NCBI RefSeq assembly: GCF_006345805.1 | Contig: NC_043000.1 | Location: forward strand, 130,696,001-130,760,000 | Direction of reading: 5' to 3' | From: Octopus sinensis | Taxonomy: Eukaryota | Length of the DNA: 64,000 bases | Shown here: positions 49,653-63,925 of the stretch, piece by piece | Position numbering within the stretch: position 1 is the first letter of the stretch | Layout of the letters: each line of letters starts with the position of its first letter | Position numbers and translations under genes: made by a program | The notes under the pieces: generated by a model | Database searches by the model: none | The model's input: only the letters and a program-made list of their open reading frames with translations | What the model was told of the DNA's origin: nothing

Positions 49653-50228
49653 TATATGTACTTGTTTTGAAAATATTTTGATGTATTAATTCTATTAAAG
49701 CACGATAACTGAAATAGCAGGAGTGTTAAGAAATTAAAAATGGAAATTTTATTTTTCATTGTATGTTGGCTCAAGTAAGGAATTCTAAATGCATTAGAAA
49801 ATTTTAAACAAGAAATAAAAAGCACAGTTTGTACACCGAAAAGAAACACATGTTGCCGAGTCGAAGAATAAACATAGAGTTTTTACGATCATGATTTTAT
49901 ATGTAACTTGTGGTCATCATGAAATTATATATAATGTTACAATCTTAAGTATTTGAGTATTTTTTGCAATACGATTCAAAACAGCAACTGAGAATATAGC
50001 AAATTTTATTTTCATACATGTAAAATTTATTTCATAACCTTAACAGAGGAGCTCTTGATATTGATAAACAAAACATTAATTGGAAGATTTTGATATTTTA
50101 TCGCCACCTCAACATAGTTGTTCAATTACAACTGTTTTAAATCCCAAGATGACGCCTACTCTAACTGGTTATCGGTGCAACTTGCATCCAATACATTTTG
50201 CAAGGAGGGGAGCGAACCCCCACTATCT

Positions 50229-50273
50229 TCTAGCGACGGTTTCGAGCTATTTGTGCTCATCTTCAGTGCTGGA
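50229..50273 (-). ncRNA. Degenerate minimal hammerhead motif
   Basis: TCCAGC-A-CTGAAGA-T-GAGC ACAAATA GCTC-GAAA-CCG-TC-GCTAGA; stem II perfect, stems I and III imperfect. Confidence 0.5.
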
Positions 50274-50672
50274 CATATCACATGTCTCTTATTGTCATAG
50301 TCCGTATTCCTAGGATGATTATAGTAGTATCAGTGGGCATCGGGTAAATCATCATGGATTCATTTCTTCAGGCGATATAACATTAATGGATTTTTAATAG
50401 AGGAACGGTTATCGCTTATAAGCAGTGCGAAGGTTGGAGCGAAGGATTATTGTTATTATTATTATATTTATCCAACATTATATCGAAGCAGCTCGGTACA
50501 ATCACAACAACTGGTTCACCCGTCATCACCTTTAGACTCCGTCCGGCATAATGGAATAGGAGCTTTATTTGCATATTCAGAAAATTTTCCGTAAATAAAT
50601 TTAAAAGGTAAATGTGTGTATACATGTATGTATGTATGTATGCATGCATGTATGTATACATGTATGTATGTA

Positions 50673-50724
<52 letters not shown>

Positions 50725-50727
<3 letters not shown>

Positions 50728-51110
50728 AATGCAAAATGGGACAAGAACACAAAACATCCAGTTAGACGATACAAGGACGACTCATTCGGAGTTTTCTTTC
50801 TTCAGTTGAGTTCCAGATTATCTTTGCAATTTCGGCTGGTTATACTCGAGATTGCTCCATTCTGGCCAAACCCAAAGAAAAACTAAGCTAAAAGCATTAA
50901 ATTCCTTCGAAGAAAGCAACGAATATATGCGAAAACAAGGACGGGAAAAACGGAGAATGTTACGCAAATACAAATAACAGGACACAACAACAGGTGTCTT
51001 TCGACTAAAGACGAATTAAATTAAGCTGGCGTGTGTGGAAATACAGCCTTACGGCAGAGATACAGGATTTCACAGGCACAAGGAGGAATATAGATGTTGC
51101 ACGGACGGCG
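50725..51110 (-). mobile_element. TA-anchored interspersed repeat, longest copy of the 44155 family
   Basis: Colinear with 44155-44372 and extends further. Confidence 0.7.
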
Positions 51111-51564
51111 GCCGAACCAAGAAAGGTTAGGCTTGGTCGAACACTGGTCACGTGGGGAGAGAAGAGAGAGAGGTAGAGGCAGAGGGAGAGAAGAAATATT
51201 TATTTATGACTGTTCGTTTGTATGTGTCCACGTCGTCACGAATGATATGCATTACCAGCCCTCAAAGCACTCTATAATCATTAGCACCTTCCCATTTACT
51301 TTGTATTTGTTATTTTAGTTTCTTCACCTACCACTCTCTGAATACATACCAAACATCCGGCCTCATTAATAGATCTGTGAACTATTATAAACTCATGCGT
51401 TATACCATCACCATCCTACCACACAGAATATCGAAATGTACATATAACAAAGTAAAGCATCATGCATCCTGGTGAGGTTTCTTCTGCACTGTGGAGTGCA
51501 TTCGATTTCATTATATCGCCCCCACCTACTAGGGAGCAGTGCAGATGTAGACTGAAACGATAAT

Positions 51565-51850
51565 CATCTATCTTATATATTAAAAGGCAAGTTGTATGTC
51601 TATGTGTTGTGTGATCCACTTCTACTCCTACAATTTTCAACCGAATTTCATCAAATTTGACACGTGCACTCGCTTTGACTTCAGACGCGTTTTCTAATAA
51701 TTTTTCCTCGGCATTCCGCGCCCCAACATAAATAGGCTACTCTCAATTCGCCTGGGATTTGAACCCACCATATCTAAGCAACGGGACGCTGACAATTTTC
51801 GGCGCTTGATAAGAAGCGCACCTTTCCAAGAAAATGACGCCTAATTTCTA
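51565..51850 (+). mobile_element. Possible Helentron/DINE-like fragment
   Basis: atctatcttatatattaaaaggcaag...ttttcaaccgaatttcatcaaatttg; ends not resolved. Confidence 0.35.
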
Positions 51851-51970
51851 AAAAAAACTTATGAAAATGGGAAATATATCCAAAATAATGAAGTATGCAA
51901 AAAATTAGGAAGCTTCGTCTATTTTTAAATATATATAAATAAATATAGCGTTGTACGTACACTTTGATCT

Positions 51971-52023
<53 letters not shown>

Positions 52024-52374
52024 ATATGTATATATGCATATGTATGTATACATACATATGTATATATATGTATGTATATATATGCATGCATTTATATATA
52101 TATATATTATATTAAATTAGAGATAAAACCACTATTAGGCAAATCATACAATGAAAAACTTAAGCCAATCCTTAAGATTATTTAATTTATATTATTTAAA
52201 TATATAACAAAATTATTAAAAAAATATAATTAATATAACACTACGATCGTTTCATGGCTGTTAATTTCTTTAAATTTTCGAGTTACAGTCATTCATCAGG
52301 TGGTTTAAATATTTATCTTTTCGAGGTTTACTCTATGAACTGATTTTCCCTGTAAGTTTGGATTTATTCCCTAA

Positions 52375-52389
52375 TATTTATTATATATA

Positions 52390-52435
<46 letters not shown>

Positions 52436-52512
52436 GTATATATATATAATATATATATATATGTATATATATGTATATATATATATGTATATATGTATGT
52501 ATATGTATGTAG

Positions 52513-52564
<52 letters not shown>

Positions 52565-52640
52565 ATATGTATATATAGATGCATATGTATACATATATAG
52601 GTATATGTATGTATATAGATATGTGTGTTTGTGCGTAGTG

Positions 52641-52698
<58 letters not shown>

Positions 52699-52705
52699 CA
52701 TACAT
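52375..52705. repeat. Long compound (TA)n tract
   Basis: Directly visible. Confidence 0.95.
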
Positions 52706-53311
52706 GGATTTATATACTGCGAAATAGGCAACTACACATCAAAATCATGAAACAAATTGTCATAACAATATCGCTAGGAAGGTATCTTGAAATAAATTGT
52801 CCTTAGAAATCGTAGACGACGGTGTAAATGGCACATGTGCTCTTTAATTATACATGTACAAATTAAACCGATATTACTTGGTGCTAGATATTTTCAGATA
52901 TTTTCAGATATTTTTAGCCGAAAAATTTAATTTGCTTCAATTGTGTTTGTGAGGACTTCCGAAATGAATGGCAAATATATCTATATAAAATTGTGATATA
53001 CTCTTTTATGGAATATATTGAAAGATATGTTGCCGTTATTGCATGGATAGACAAATGCACACACCTTCTCTTTGTATGTATTATTTACATTGACAGAGAA
53101 TATTGGATATTAGGGTCTAAATATAAATTGTCGATGCAGTAGCAGTTTGTTCAATGAAGTTGTTGCCTGGATCTCGTTATAAATGGAAAAATGAAATTAT
53201 AATCCGCGTATATGTGGACAGTTAAAGACTCTATATAATAATTAATGAAAACTCTATATAGAGATGAAACGCGACCGGATTATCCTACATTTACTTTTCT
53301 CGAATATATCA

Positions 53312-53536
53312 TACGAGGTGGTATCAAACGGTTCACATACTAATTATATCTAATGATAAAAATCACTCAATTACCTCAGTTTTTTACACCATTTCCTTCG
53401 AAATAGTCACCTTGCTCAGCAATACACGCATTGCCTCGTGAAGGTCACTCCTAGCTCACACTACGTATGAAATCGTGTGCTTCCATCTATTGGCGCGCTA
53501 GAGAGCTAGTCCAGAACTTTTTGATATCACCTCGTA
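53312..53536 (-). mobile_element. Mariner-derived MITE
   Basis: TA flanks; TIRs cgaggtggtatcaaacggttc / gaactttttgatatcacctcg; same TIR family as the element at 12775. Confidence 0.85.
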
Positions 53537-54648
53537 CATAAAGACAAGGTGTTTGCACTTCTTGGACCATAAATACACTTTTAGCTAAAACCAAATATAT
53601 AATCACATTTGTAACATTATAATATTGATATAAATCTCTGTTAACGTAAATAGTTTATACAAACATTAATATTTAAATAGAAATATTTAAACAGCAATTA
53701 ATCTTATCGCAACAAATACTAATTAAAATTTTAAATAAAGCAACAGTATTCACGAAAATAATATATACTAAGTATATTTAGAAGGAAAAGCTAATAAGAC
53801 CAACAACACCGAAACAAGAAATTTATTTTTATTCAAACTTGCTGACTTATGATTTTTACGCTTAGCCCAAAATAAGAAACTTTGGAATAAACGTGAAGGT
53901 AATAACTCGATAAATAGTTTTAAATGAATACTTTGACTTCCTTCTTTTATGTTTTCATTCCTCTAACGGTTTCAGTCAGTAGATGACGGCCATGCTGGAA
54001 CACCAGCCACTTCCCTCAGTATTATTTCTGTCGAGCGAGTATGTTTTTTCGAATGACAAAATCCGCTATTTGAAAAAAATATTGGCTTTACACTGAGAAA
54101 AAGACATAAACACGTGCAGAGGCGATATAGATATAAAGAACCAAAACAAATTCTTGTATATACAAATACTTACATATAGACAGCCTTCGGCTTCCTATTG
54201 CATGCTGTAATCATGAAAAACATGAATGGATTGCATTTAGAGAGTGACATCATGTAACGCATAATAGGTAATGTAAAGGATCATTACGTTCAAAATCATG
54301 TTCTTTTTAGTTATGTACTCTTTATATTACGTTAAAGCCCGCTTCAGGCTGCATAGAACCCCTTATGATTCATACGCAACAACCCAACAGTGGAAGCCAA
54401 ATGTAATTAACAATAAGTGCCGAAACTTCAACGATAAAGTTCTCTAGCACTGAGTGCATGTATGTATGTATGTATGTATGTATGTATGTATGTATGTATG
54501 TATGTATGTATGCATGTATGTATGTATGTATGTATAATATATGCATGTATGTATATATATACACACACACTGCAAACACACACACACACACACATATATA
54601 TATTTATATATACATATATATATATATATACATTATATATATGTATGT

Positions 54649-54693
<45 letters not shown>

Positions 54694-54706
54694 TATATAT
54701 GTATGT

Positions 54707-54950
54707 ATGTTTAAAGAATAGAAAGTTTTTTGAATGGTACAACAATGCACTATAATACAGACAATGGGGTATATACCTGTTGTAATTTAATCATCCATAG
54801 TTTGATATGATATTTCGGAATAACTGAAGAAGGAATATTATTCCGAAATATCATATCAAACTATGGATGACTAAATTACAACAGGTAGATACGCCATTGT
54901 CTGTATTATAGTGCATTGTTGTACCATTCAAAACTTTCTATTCTTTAAAC

Positions 54951-54952
<2 letters not shown>
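54707..54952 (+). mobile_element. TA-flanked fold-back element with an HHR core at its axis
   Basis: Arms 54707-54823 / 54838-54952; CTGAAGA-A-GGAAT ATT ATTCC-GAAA-TATCATA-TC at 54824-54857; stem I 5' strand absent. Confidence 0.85.
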
Positions 54953-54981
<29 letters not shown>

Positions 54982-55029
54982 GTGTGTGTGTGTGTATACA
55001 TGTATGTATGTATGTATGTATGTATGTAT

Positions 55030-55152
55030 ATGTAAAAAATAAAAACTGGGACAAGAACGCAAAACATTTAGAAGACGATACAAAAAACGCGAAGCATTCA
55101 ATCTTCAGTCAAGAACCGGATCATCCTCGCAATTTCGGCTGATTAATCTTGA
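55030..55152 (-). mobile_element. Short copy of the 44155 family
   Basis: aaaactgggacaagaacgcaaaacat...gcaatttcggctgattaatcttga between TA tracts. Confidence 0.7.
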
Positions 55153-55202
55153 TATATATATATATATGTAGCATATATCTTTTAGTGTACACGCATGCAC
55201 AA

Positions 55203-55242
<40 letters not shown>

Positions 55243-55244
<2 letters not shown>

Positions 55245-57535
55245 AGTTCATTTTGAAGGTTCATGGCAATCTATTCGGGATGGAATACACATAATGGGAC
55301 CAGAGATGTTAGGTTTCAAAAGGAGATACCAACGAGACTGGTTTGACTCCAATGATAAATGAGCTTTTAGTAACAAAGAGGTCCCCTCATGAAAAGTTTC
55401 TTGACCCAAACCTTAAGAATAAAGTGCAACTAGAAAAGTTGTGCGAGTCTAAGAAAGCAAACTTACAAAAAGAACTCGGGAGGCTTAAAGACACTTGGTG
55501 GAAAAATTTGTCTGAGGAAGTACAGGCGGCCTATGACAGGAAAGACTTTAAAAGGTTTTATAGTTTATTGCGGCAAGCTTTTGGATCGCAATCTTCATCA
55601 TGTATTCCCTTGAAGCCAAAAGATGGAAATGAGGTTATTAAAAATTCTCCTAGAATAATGAATAGATGGAGAGAACACTTTGCAGATCTTTAACACAATC
55701 CGTCTGTAGTGAACATGGATATCATAAACAACATTCCGCAAAGAGAGACAGTGCAACACATGAATGATACACCTGACATTATGTAAACTGAGATTAGGTA
55801 AGGCTCCTGGATTGGATGGTATTCCAGTTGAAATTCTAAAAGCAGGTGGGGATCATATTTCATCTGAAATTCACAGTCTGATAACCCAAATGAATCTTTT
55901 GTGCCACAAGAATGGATAATTGGCAAACTGATTTTTGTATACTAGGTAAGGGCTCAAAAGCAGTGTGTAGTAATTCTAGAGGGATTACTACCTTGCCACA
56001 TACCGGGAGGATACTTTCAAGGATGATGTTAGATCGTCTCGTTGAGAATGTGTGTCCACATGTGATTCCTGAAGAACAGTGTGGTTTCAGACCTGAGCGA
56101 GGAACAATGAACATATTTTCTGTGAGGCAGGTTCAGGAGAAATGCTTAGAGGAACAAATGCTACCATACCAGGTCTTCATATATCTAGCTAAGGCATTTG
56201 ACACGGTAAACAGTGTGGCACTGTGGATTGTTTGCGTAAACGTGGTTGCTCAACACATTTTGTGAGCATCTTTAAGGAACTACACAGAAACATGAAAGCT
56301 CAGTTAGTCTTTAATGGTGAGCTATCTCATGAATGTTCGATGGACAACGGTGTCAAACAGGGAGATATTCCTGCCCCTACACTTTTCTCTATCAATTTTG
56401 CTGCATTGCATTGGTATGAGTTCAAGGATTTCAACAGGGGAATCGGAATCAGATTTCGGACATCTAGTCACATTTTTAATTTGACCCGATTTAACTGCAA
56501 TGCAAAGATTTTCAAAACACTTGTTAGAAAATTAGTTTATGCTGCTGCTGCTGGTGATTTTTTTAATACACTCAGATGGAGATATGCAACATTTAACGGA
56601 CAAATTTTCCTCTACATCTGTGCATTTCGGACTCACAAATAGTCTGGGGAAAACCAAAGTAATGTTTACTCCCGCCCCAGGACAAACATATTCTGAACCA
56701 AACATTTTTTGTGAATGGAACAAGGTTAGAAGTCGTTGACGCTTTTGTTTACCTTGGAAGCACACTATCAAGAGATGGTGGTCTTGATGCAGTCTTGATG
56801 CAGAGATATACTATCGAATAGGGAAGGGGAGTGTTGCATTTGGAAAACTCGAAAAGCAAGTATGGGTGGATAGAGGTTTTTTTCCTGCAGATAAAAATTA
56901 GTGTCTATAAAGTGTGTGCATTCATTGCACTTCTTTATTCGAGTGAGACGTGGACCACTTAAAATGCTCAAGAGATTTCATCAAATGTGCCTCAGGAGGC
57001 AGGTGGGAATCTTTCATAACCGTACAGAAGTTTTGCGCAAGGCACGTTGTAGCTCAATTGAACATGTTATCATGGTTCAAATGAGATGGATTGGATATAT
57101 TAGAATGAAAGACGAGCGATTGCCAAAGCGTCTTTTTTTATGGTGAGTTCAACTCTGGTAAGCGACCATAACATAAGACGAGGTAAAGGTATAAAGACTG
57201 TGTGACGAAAAACCTGAAGAAACTAGGTATGAACGAAAGTGATTGGGAAAATGATACTCTAGATCGAAACAAGTGGAGATGTGCCGTTAGGACTGATTGC
57301 AATGCCTAGGGGGAAAGGAAGATTCAGCATTCTGAGCTTAAAAGCATGACGAAAAGGAATAATTAGAACTGTAATCAACAGTGAACATTGGATATGTATT
57401 ATGTGTGATCGTGTTCCGTTGTCAAATGCAGTATACGTGAATCATATGAAGTCACATGAAAATTGAAATGCCCATTTATCTAATGGCTGTCAGTGAGAGA
57501 AGCTTCCTGCAGCAAGCGAGACTGAGCCAGATAAT
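55243..57535 (+). mobile_element. RTE-clade LINE remnant (RT pseudogene)
   Basis: RWREHF, SNSRGITTL...GRILSRMMLDRL, PEEQCGFRPERGT, VFIYLAKAFDTV, GVKQGDIPAPTLFSI, QMRWIGY.RMKDERLPKRL, terminal Cys/His finger; many stops and frameshifts; endonuclease absent. Confidence 0.95.
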
Positions 57536-59613
57536 AGAGGATTTTTTAATTTCGTAAACAGTTGTATGTAGGTATGTCTATAATTTTGCATGCAATGTAA
57601 ATTAACCAAATACAAGCAAGTTGTAAATACCATGCAACCTTGAAACTGCTGTGATAATTATGAACTTTTAATTGGACGGTAGATGTGGATTTTTATATAA
57701 CTTGAACTTTCCATGTAATTGTTTTTTGTCAAGAGTTTTACCTCCAGCGTTTCTCGCCACATATGTATATGAATGTGCAGATGTATTTGTGTGTTTAATA
57801 ACGTAGGTAACGAGCGCACAAGTACACACATACTCACAGACATCTACACATTCATATACAAAATGTGACGATACGCACATATACACTCTCACATACTGTC
57901 ACATACATCTAGTAAGAGAGACATATACAACATAAATTCACGCATGACAGTCGTCACATGTGTATATGTATGTGTAGATGTGTTCGTGACTTTAATAACG
58001 TACCTAACGTGGAAACACACACACAGTCTGAGAAGCATACACACTCTTACGCTCCGAGACACACACATTCACATATGTGACGTCGTCGTCGTGTTATAAA
58101 ATGTCCTTTACTATTTCGTACGTATCGAACGAACAAATACACACACATAAAGGGAAACAATATTATAGTCTTATCACATTAGAATTAAAAGCGAAAGAAT
58201 AAAAGTGAAACAATATTAAAACACACAACGAAATCAATTGTAGACAGAAATTACAAACCCCACTTCAGAGTATAAACCTGTAGAAGAAAACAGATTGAGT
58301 GAAAAACCTTCAGCCTTTTTAGGATATCTTTTTCTAACGCATGATCGCTCAGTGGTGTGGTTGAATTCTCATTGGTTAATAATGAAGGCTTATCGGGTGT
58401 ATCACAACAGTTTTCTATAGCGAGAGAAATGTAAATAGTGTATTTAAATAGACGGAGCGCAAAAATGTTTAAATAACTAAAGTAATGTTGTAGGGAGAGC
58501 GTACGAATAGCGTGACGACAAGGATATTTAGAATTGAAGAACTCAATAGTAAAAAAGTATAGTACGGCATAATGAATGATTTCCTTATAATTTTGACATG
58601 ATGTTCCAACTCACATTTCATGGATATATACGCAATTAAGTTCTTCAATTCTGAGATATATATTTATGGACACACACGTATATTTATATATCTATCTATT
58701 TATATATCTATTTATATATATACATATATATATATATATATACATATATATATTTACACACACACATATATTGGTATGTTGTTGTATATTGTATGACTGT
58801 GCGCATATGTCTCATGAAAGATATTATTTTGAGAGATGGTGAGTTATATTCAATTCTATTTGATTTATCGGAAATTCAAAAAAACCGTACATATTTTTTC
58901 ATAACTTTATTTCCCATCTTTCAGTTTGGTAGAAATTTATAAATAATCTTATCTAAAGCGAAGTATAAAGCAAACGTTATAGTTAATACTCATAACTCTT
59001 GTACTTTCTATCTTCTTTTCATTGTTATAAAAGATTTAGTGCTCACTGGAGCAAGAAATCACTAAAGGTTTTTTTTTATTTTTCAGATATTCAGATATTT
59101 TTTGTATTTGTATCACTTGGATCTCTTCTAGTGTCATATCGAATCTCAATATGTGAATATCACAAAGTGAATATAAAAGATAAAATAATATATAAACATC
59201 TTCGCCAAACAAACAATTGATCTTCCAGAAAACATCGTTTAATAATTTGAGATATAATTGTTTGTATTGTTCTTATTTTTTTTCACAAATATAACTGATT
59301 AAGCGAATATGAATTAATCCATATCAGTGTAGAATCGCAGCAGGCCTCAATAGTTCAAGATGCGGTCATTTCAAAATAACAAGACTACCGATGCCTTGAT
59401 GAGACACATCTGCTTTAGATTAGTTACATCGCTGGATGGCAGTTGAGGGAAAGAATATTATGTTCGATACGTATGATTAATAGACAGTGAGGTGTATTTC
59501 TTGCTTCGGTAGAGGATTCTAACAAAAATTTGATTAATCAACAGAATATATTTCTGCCTTCGTGTAAGCATATAGTCCAAAGTAACATCGAATTAATAGA
59601 AGCTAAACAATAA

Positions 59614-60214
59614 GGCGGCGAGCTGGCAGAAACGTTTTGTCTGTCCTTGTTTGTCCTCTCTGTGTTTAGCTCCTTGTGGGTAGTAAAGAAATAGGTATTT
59701 CGTCTGCCGCTACGTTCTGAGTTCAAATTCCGCCGAGGTCGACTTTGCCTTTCATACTTTCGGGGTCGATTAAATAAGTACCAGTTACGCACTGGGGTCG
59801 ATATATTCGTTTGTCTGTCCTTGTTTGTCCCCTCTGGGTTTATCTCCTTGTGAGTAGTAAAGAAATAGGTATTTCGTGTCAAATACCGCCGGGATCGACT
59901 CTGCCTTTAATCGTTTCGAGGTCGATTAAATAAGTATCAGTTACGCACTGGGGTCGATATAATCGACTTAATCCGTTTGGCTGTCCTTGTTCTTCCCCCC
60001 TGTATTTAACCCCTTATGGGTAGTAAAGAAATAGGTATTTCGTCTGCCGCTACGTTCTGATTTCAAATTCCGCCGAGGTCATCTTTGCCTTTCATCCTTC
60101 GGGGTCAGTTAAATAAGTACCAGTTACGCACTGGAGTCGATATAATCGATTTAGTCCCTTTGTCTGTCCTTGTTTGTCCCCTCTGTGTAGCCCCTTGTGG
60201 GCAGTAAAGAAATA
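59614..60214 (+). mobile_element. SINE (ggcgagctggc family) multimer: deleted first unit plus three headless units
   Basis: Junction aaagaaata|ggtatttcg at 59694, 59868 and 60034. Confidence 0.9.
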
Positions 60215-60704
60215 AGAATCTAAATAAAAAGATAACAGATTGTCATTGATGTTCAACAAATCTCAAATGAGGCCTGCAATGAATTACAACTCCAACATCT
60301 ACCGAGTTGCAGTTACATATAGAGACATCGTATATCGCATCCAAGGCAGCCCCAGTAGGCTCAATAGATTTATAACACCAATTAGACATACTGCAGCTTC
60401 TGGCATCTAGGAGCTCTCTATTGCCGCTATGAAGATCTCTGTTCCTCGAAACAGGCTCGTATCGCACATCCCCAATTCATGCCTCCCTAAACCACTATTG
60501 TTTTCTTCATCTTTCATTGTCTTCGATATTGTCTTTGGCTATATGGTCAACAATATGCCAATTGCTTCTCTGCCAGAACATGAGTTCTCTGAAATATGCT
60601 CCCTGCTTACATCCTTTTTGCAAGTGTCGACATTCAGCAATTCGAATAGAACATTTAAAGGCATCACAGTTATCTGATTTGCAGTGTTCAAAGGTTCATA
60701 GATA

Positions 60705-60995
60705 CTCTTTTACTAGTTTCAGTCATTTGACTGCGGCTATGCTGGAGCACAGCCTTTAGTCGAAGAAATCTACCCCAGAACTTATTCTTTTTAAGCCTAG
60801 TACTTATTCTATCGGTCTCTATTGCCGAACCGCTATGTTACGGGGACATAAACACACCAGCATCGGTTGTCAAGCGATGTTGGGGCGGGGGACAAACACA
60901 CTCAAACAAACAAATACACACACATACATATATATATGAACCCGGAACCATGTGGTTGGTAAGCAAGCTACTTACCACATAGCCACTCCTAAGCC
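60705..60995 (-). mobile_element. SINE (19670/49240 family), internally deleted
   Basis: Tail, microsatellite and head present; segment between B-box and microsatellite missing. Confidence 0.85.
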
Positions 60996-63009
60996 TAACC
61001 CTTTCTTCAGATTCAGCATATAAACGGGAAATATATATATAGATATCTCACAAGTATTCTAACATGTGGCTAAATGAATTTTTTTTATTCTTTCAATACC
61101 CTTTTGTTTTTACTACACTTGAATTAAAATATTATCGCGTAGCGTTTCGTATTTGTTTTTGTTTTGTTTTTTTCGATTTTAAAATATATAAGAAAAAAAC
61201 ATTATAATTCTAGGATCTCTTAAATTGATTATTCAATAACCATCATAGAGTATGGTTAAAGAACAAGTACTTTAGAGTAAACACTAAGCTCCCAAAGTGA
61301 AATTTGCTCATAAAACCATTTCACCTCATGAACAAGGAGACATTATGACAGCATCCTAAAATGTAGATTTGTCTAAAAGTACCAGTTATTAGTTAATGTA
61401 CGTTATTTGAATATAACAGAAAATGCAGAGTGCCAAACAACACGACTTGCATTACTCTTTCATACGTTTACATTTAAAGTACACATGTTGCCTGACACAG
61501 CTTTGCAATCCTCCTCCGTTGTTAATAAAATAATTAGATATTTACTGTTGTCGAGACACCTGACTCAGAATCTCACTCTTTCGGAGATTAACGATGCGCC
61601 AAAGCAAAATAGATCAATATTCTCTATAAATTTTAAATCGGATGTCGAACTGATTTTGTAAATGCTTTTGAATTGACATAAAAGCACGAAACCATAAATG
61701 TAAGGAAAAAATATTGATGCATAACTCCCAAGAGCTGAATAAACAGGTTATGTAATATTCACGTTAAAGATGTTATATCAGAGAAACCAAAATATAAATA
61801 TGCAGTGATTTCGTAAAAACAAATATACTTTTGATAATCTATGAATGAAGTTTTGGGATTATATAACGAAGGGTTCGCTTAATGAATTCATAAATTACAT
61901 AAAAGCGGAGGAAAATGGAGTTAAATTTCACAGTATTTATAGAAGAGTTATTAGCAGCTTCTCTATTGGACCTGATTTTTTTTCGTTCATTTTATGGCGC
62001 AGCCTTGAGGCACATTCCCCATACACCTCTCACAGGATTTAGTTTTCTATATTGAATATTAACCAATAAGGCAACCTCGACGTTGTCGTTCGGTTTGTTA
62101 GAAATAGTAGCCAATTATGCATCATATCAGAACCCGATGGAGAAACGAAACGCTCACAACTGGAACAATTTTATCCTGCTTGCTTAAGAGTGACATGGTT
62201 CTCAGAAACTGCAGGTTTAACATCATCACATCAATTAATTCTAAAGTTCTTCAAAATCCTCTATGGTATTAACAAAATTCAAAAACTTAATTCTAAGAAT
62301 TATATGAGGTCTTTCCAAAACACGATCTGCATGTATTGCATATGACCAAAAAAAAAGAAAAAAGAAGAAACACTGAAGGGGAATGATATTTAAGACTATA
62401 ATTAGTGAGCATATTCACAGGCAGAAGGTAGAATATTTGCAATACCTGTATGTATGTGTGCGCGTATGTGTGTCTGTGTATTCATGCAAGTATATATGTG
62501 GGTATATATTGCTTCGATTGATTGCATTATTCGGGGATGTCATTCGCCTGTATGATTCGCAAATTTCAAATTCAGCCTCACCATCTCCTTCGCTGCTAAT
62601 TCCGATCTCAATTTATTGACTAGAATCAAGATAAAATCTGATATTAAGCCGAGTGACTGGGTAGGCAAGTATTTTACCAACATACCAAATTCCTTCACTA
62701 TAAGTTCTTTTCTTAAGGCATGATTAACTATTCATTGATTGGGATAGGCCATCCACCAGCAAAAAGGAAAAGAAAAATACGAAATTGAATATGATATGAG
62801 ACTCGAAAGCGAACCATCATCATCACATTTTAATATGAATTCTATTCATGCTGCTGAAATCATCTCGAACGAAATATTATCGATTTTTTTTGCAATAAAG
62901 ACCGATCGTATGAAGAAGAACAAAAAAATTAATGTTAATTATGAATATTAAGAATTCCCTCCAATCTTTGTATATCTTCTCAACTCCCTCGTTATCTTCA
63001 TCCCACAAT

Positions 63010-63051
63010 CATTATTATTATTATTATTATTAATAGTAGTAGTAGTAGTAA

Positions 63052-63120
<69 letters not shown>

Positions 63121-63151
63121 ACGCGGCCGCAACAGCAGCAGCAGTAGCAGC

Positions 63152-63191
<40 letters not shown>

Positions 63192-63268
63192 ACGGCAGCA
63201 ACAGCAGCAGTAGGAGTAGCAGCAGCAGAGGCGGTGGTTGTGGTGGTGGTGGTGGTGGTGGTGGTGGT
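63010..63268. repeat. Compound trinucleotide tract (ATT/TAG/CAG/TGG)
   Basis: Directly visible. Confidence 0.95.
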
Positions 63269-63794
63269 ATGTCATTGTTACGTTTGTTGCTGTTCTTGAT
63301 CTTGATTCAGTAATCCTCTCTAACATGTTGACATGTTTCCAACGTAAAATCATTCTGCCAGATAATAAAAATAACAAGAGAGCAAAAATAACAATAAAAA
63401 AAAGCAACTGCAGGAAATCAACAAGGCTCGATGCCAAATATCGAACAGCTTTTATGAAATGCTTGTTTGCCACGGAACCATTGAAATCCAACAGAATCCA
63501 GAGACAAAAGTTATCGCTCGCTCATTGTTTATGCATCGTCTATTCCCTGGCTGTAGACTTCGTCAATGATGGAAGCAATTTAGAATTATCTCAGCCCTTG
63601 TCATGATCCATATTCAATTTTGTCAGCTACATCGTGAGTTCAAGCCCCGTTGAGATTCACTTTTCCTCTCGTCGTTACCGGGGCTATGTAACAGAGTATG
63701 AAGCAAGTACTAGAGTTGGTTTTAACTTCAAAACTATCCCAAAGTGATTGGAGTGTTGTGACTAAATTGGAAATCAATTTTACAAATTACAAAT

Positions 63795-63925
63795 GGCGTA
63801 GCGCATGCACGACTGTGAGGGTAGCAAACTCGCTTTGCAGCCGCTTGGTTTCAGGTTCAGTCCCTCTGCGCAACATCTTGGGCAAGTGTCTTCTACTATA
63901 ACTCCGGATCGACCATGCCGTGTGT
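63795..63925 (+). mobile_element. SINE 5' half, diverged
   Basis: caggttcagtccctctgcgcaacatcttgggcaagtgtcttctactata. Confidence 0.7.

Noticed and set aside
60230-60700. Higher-complexity segment with short ORFs
   Set aside because: Stops in all frames and no motif I could assign.
63030-63606. Overlapping ORFs 63030..63491 (-, hydrophobic stretch FLQLLFFIVIFALLLFLL) and 63238..63606 (+)
   Set aside because: No recognisable family and no clear acceptor site; both run into a trinucleotide tract; the hydrophobicity follows from an A-rich plus strand. RNA-seq or BLAST would be needed.
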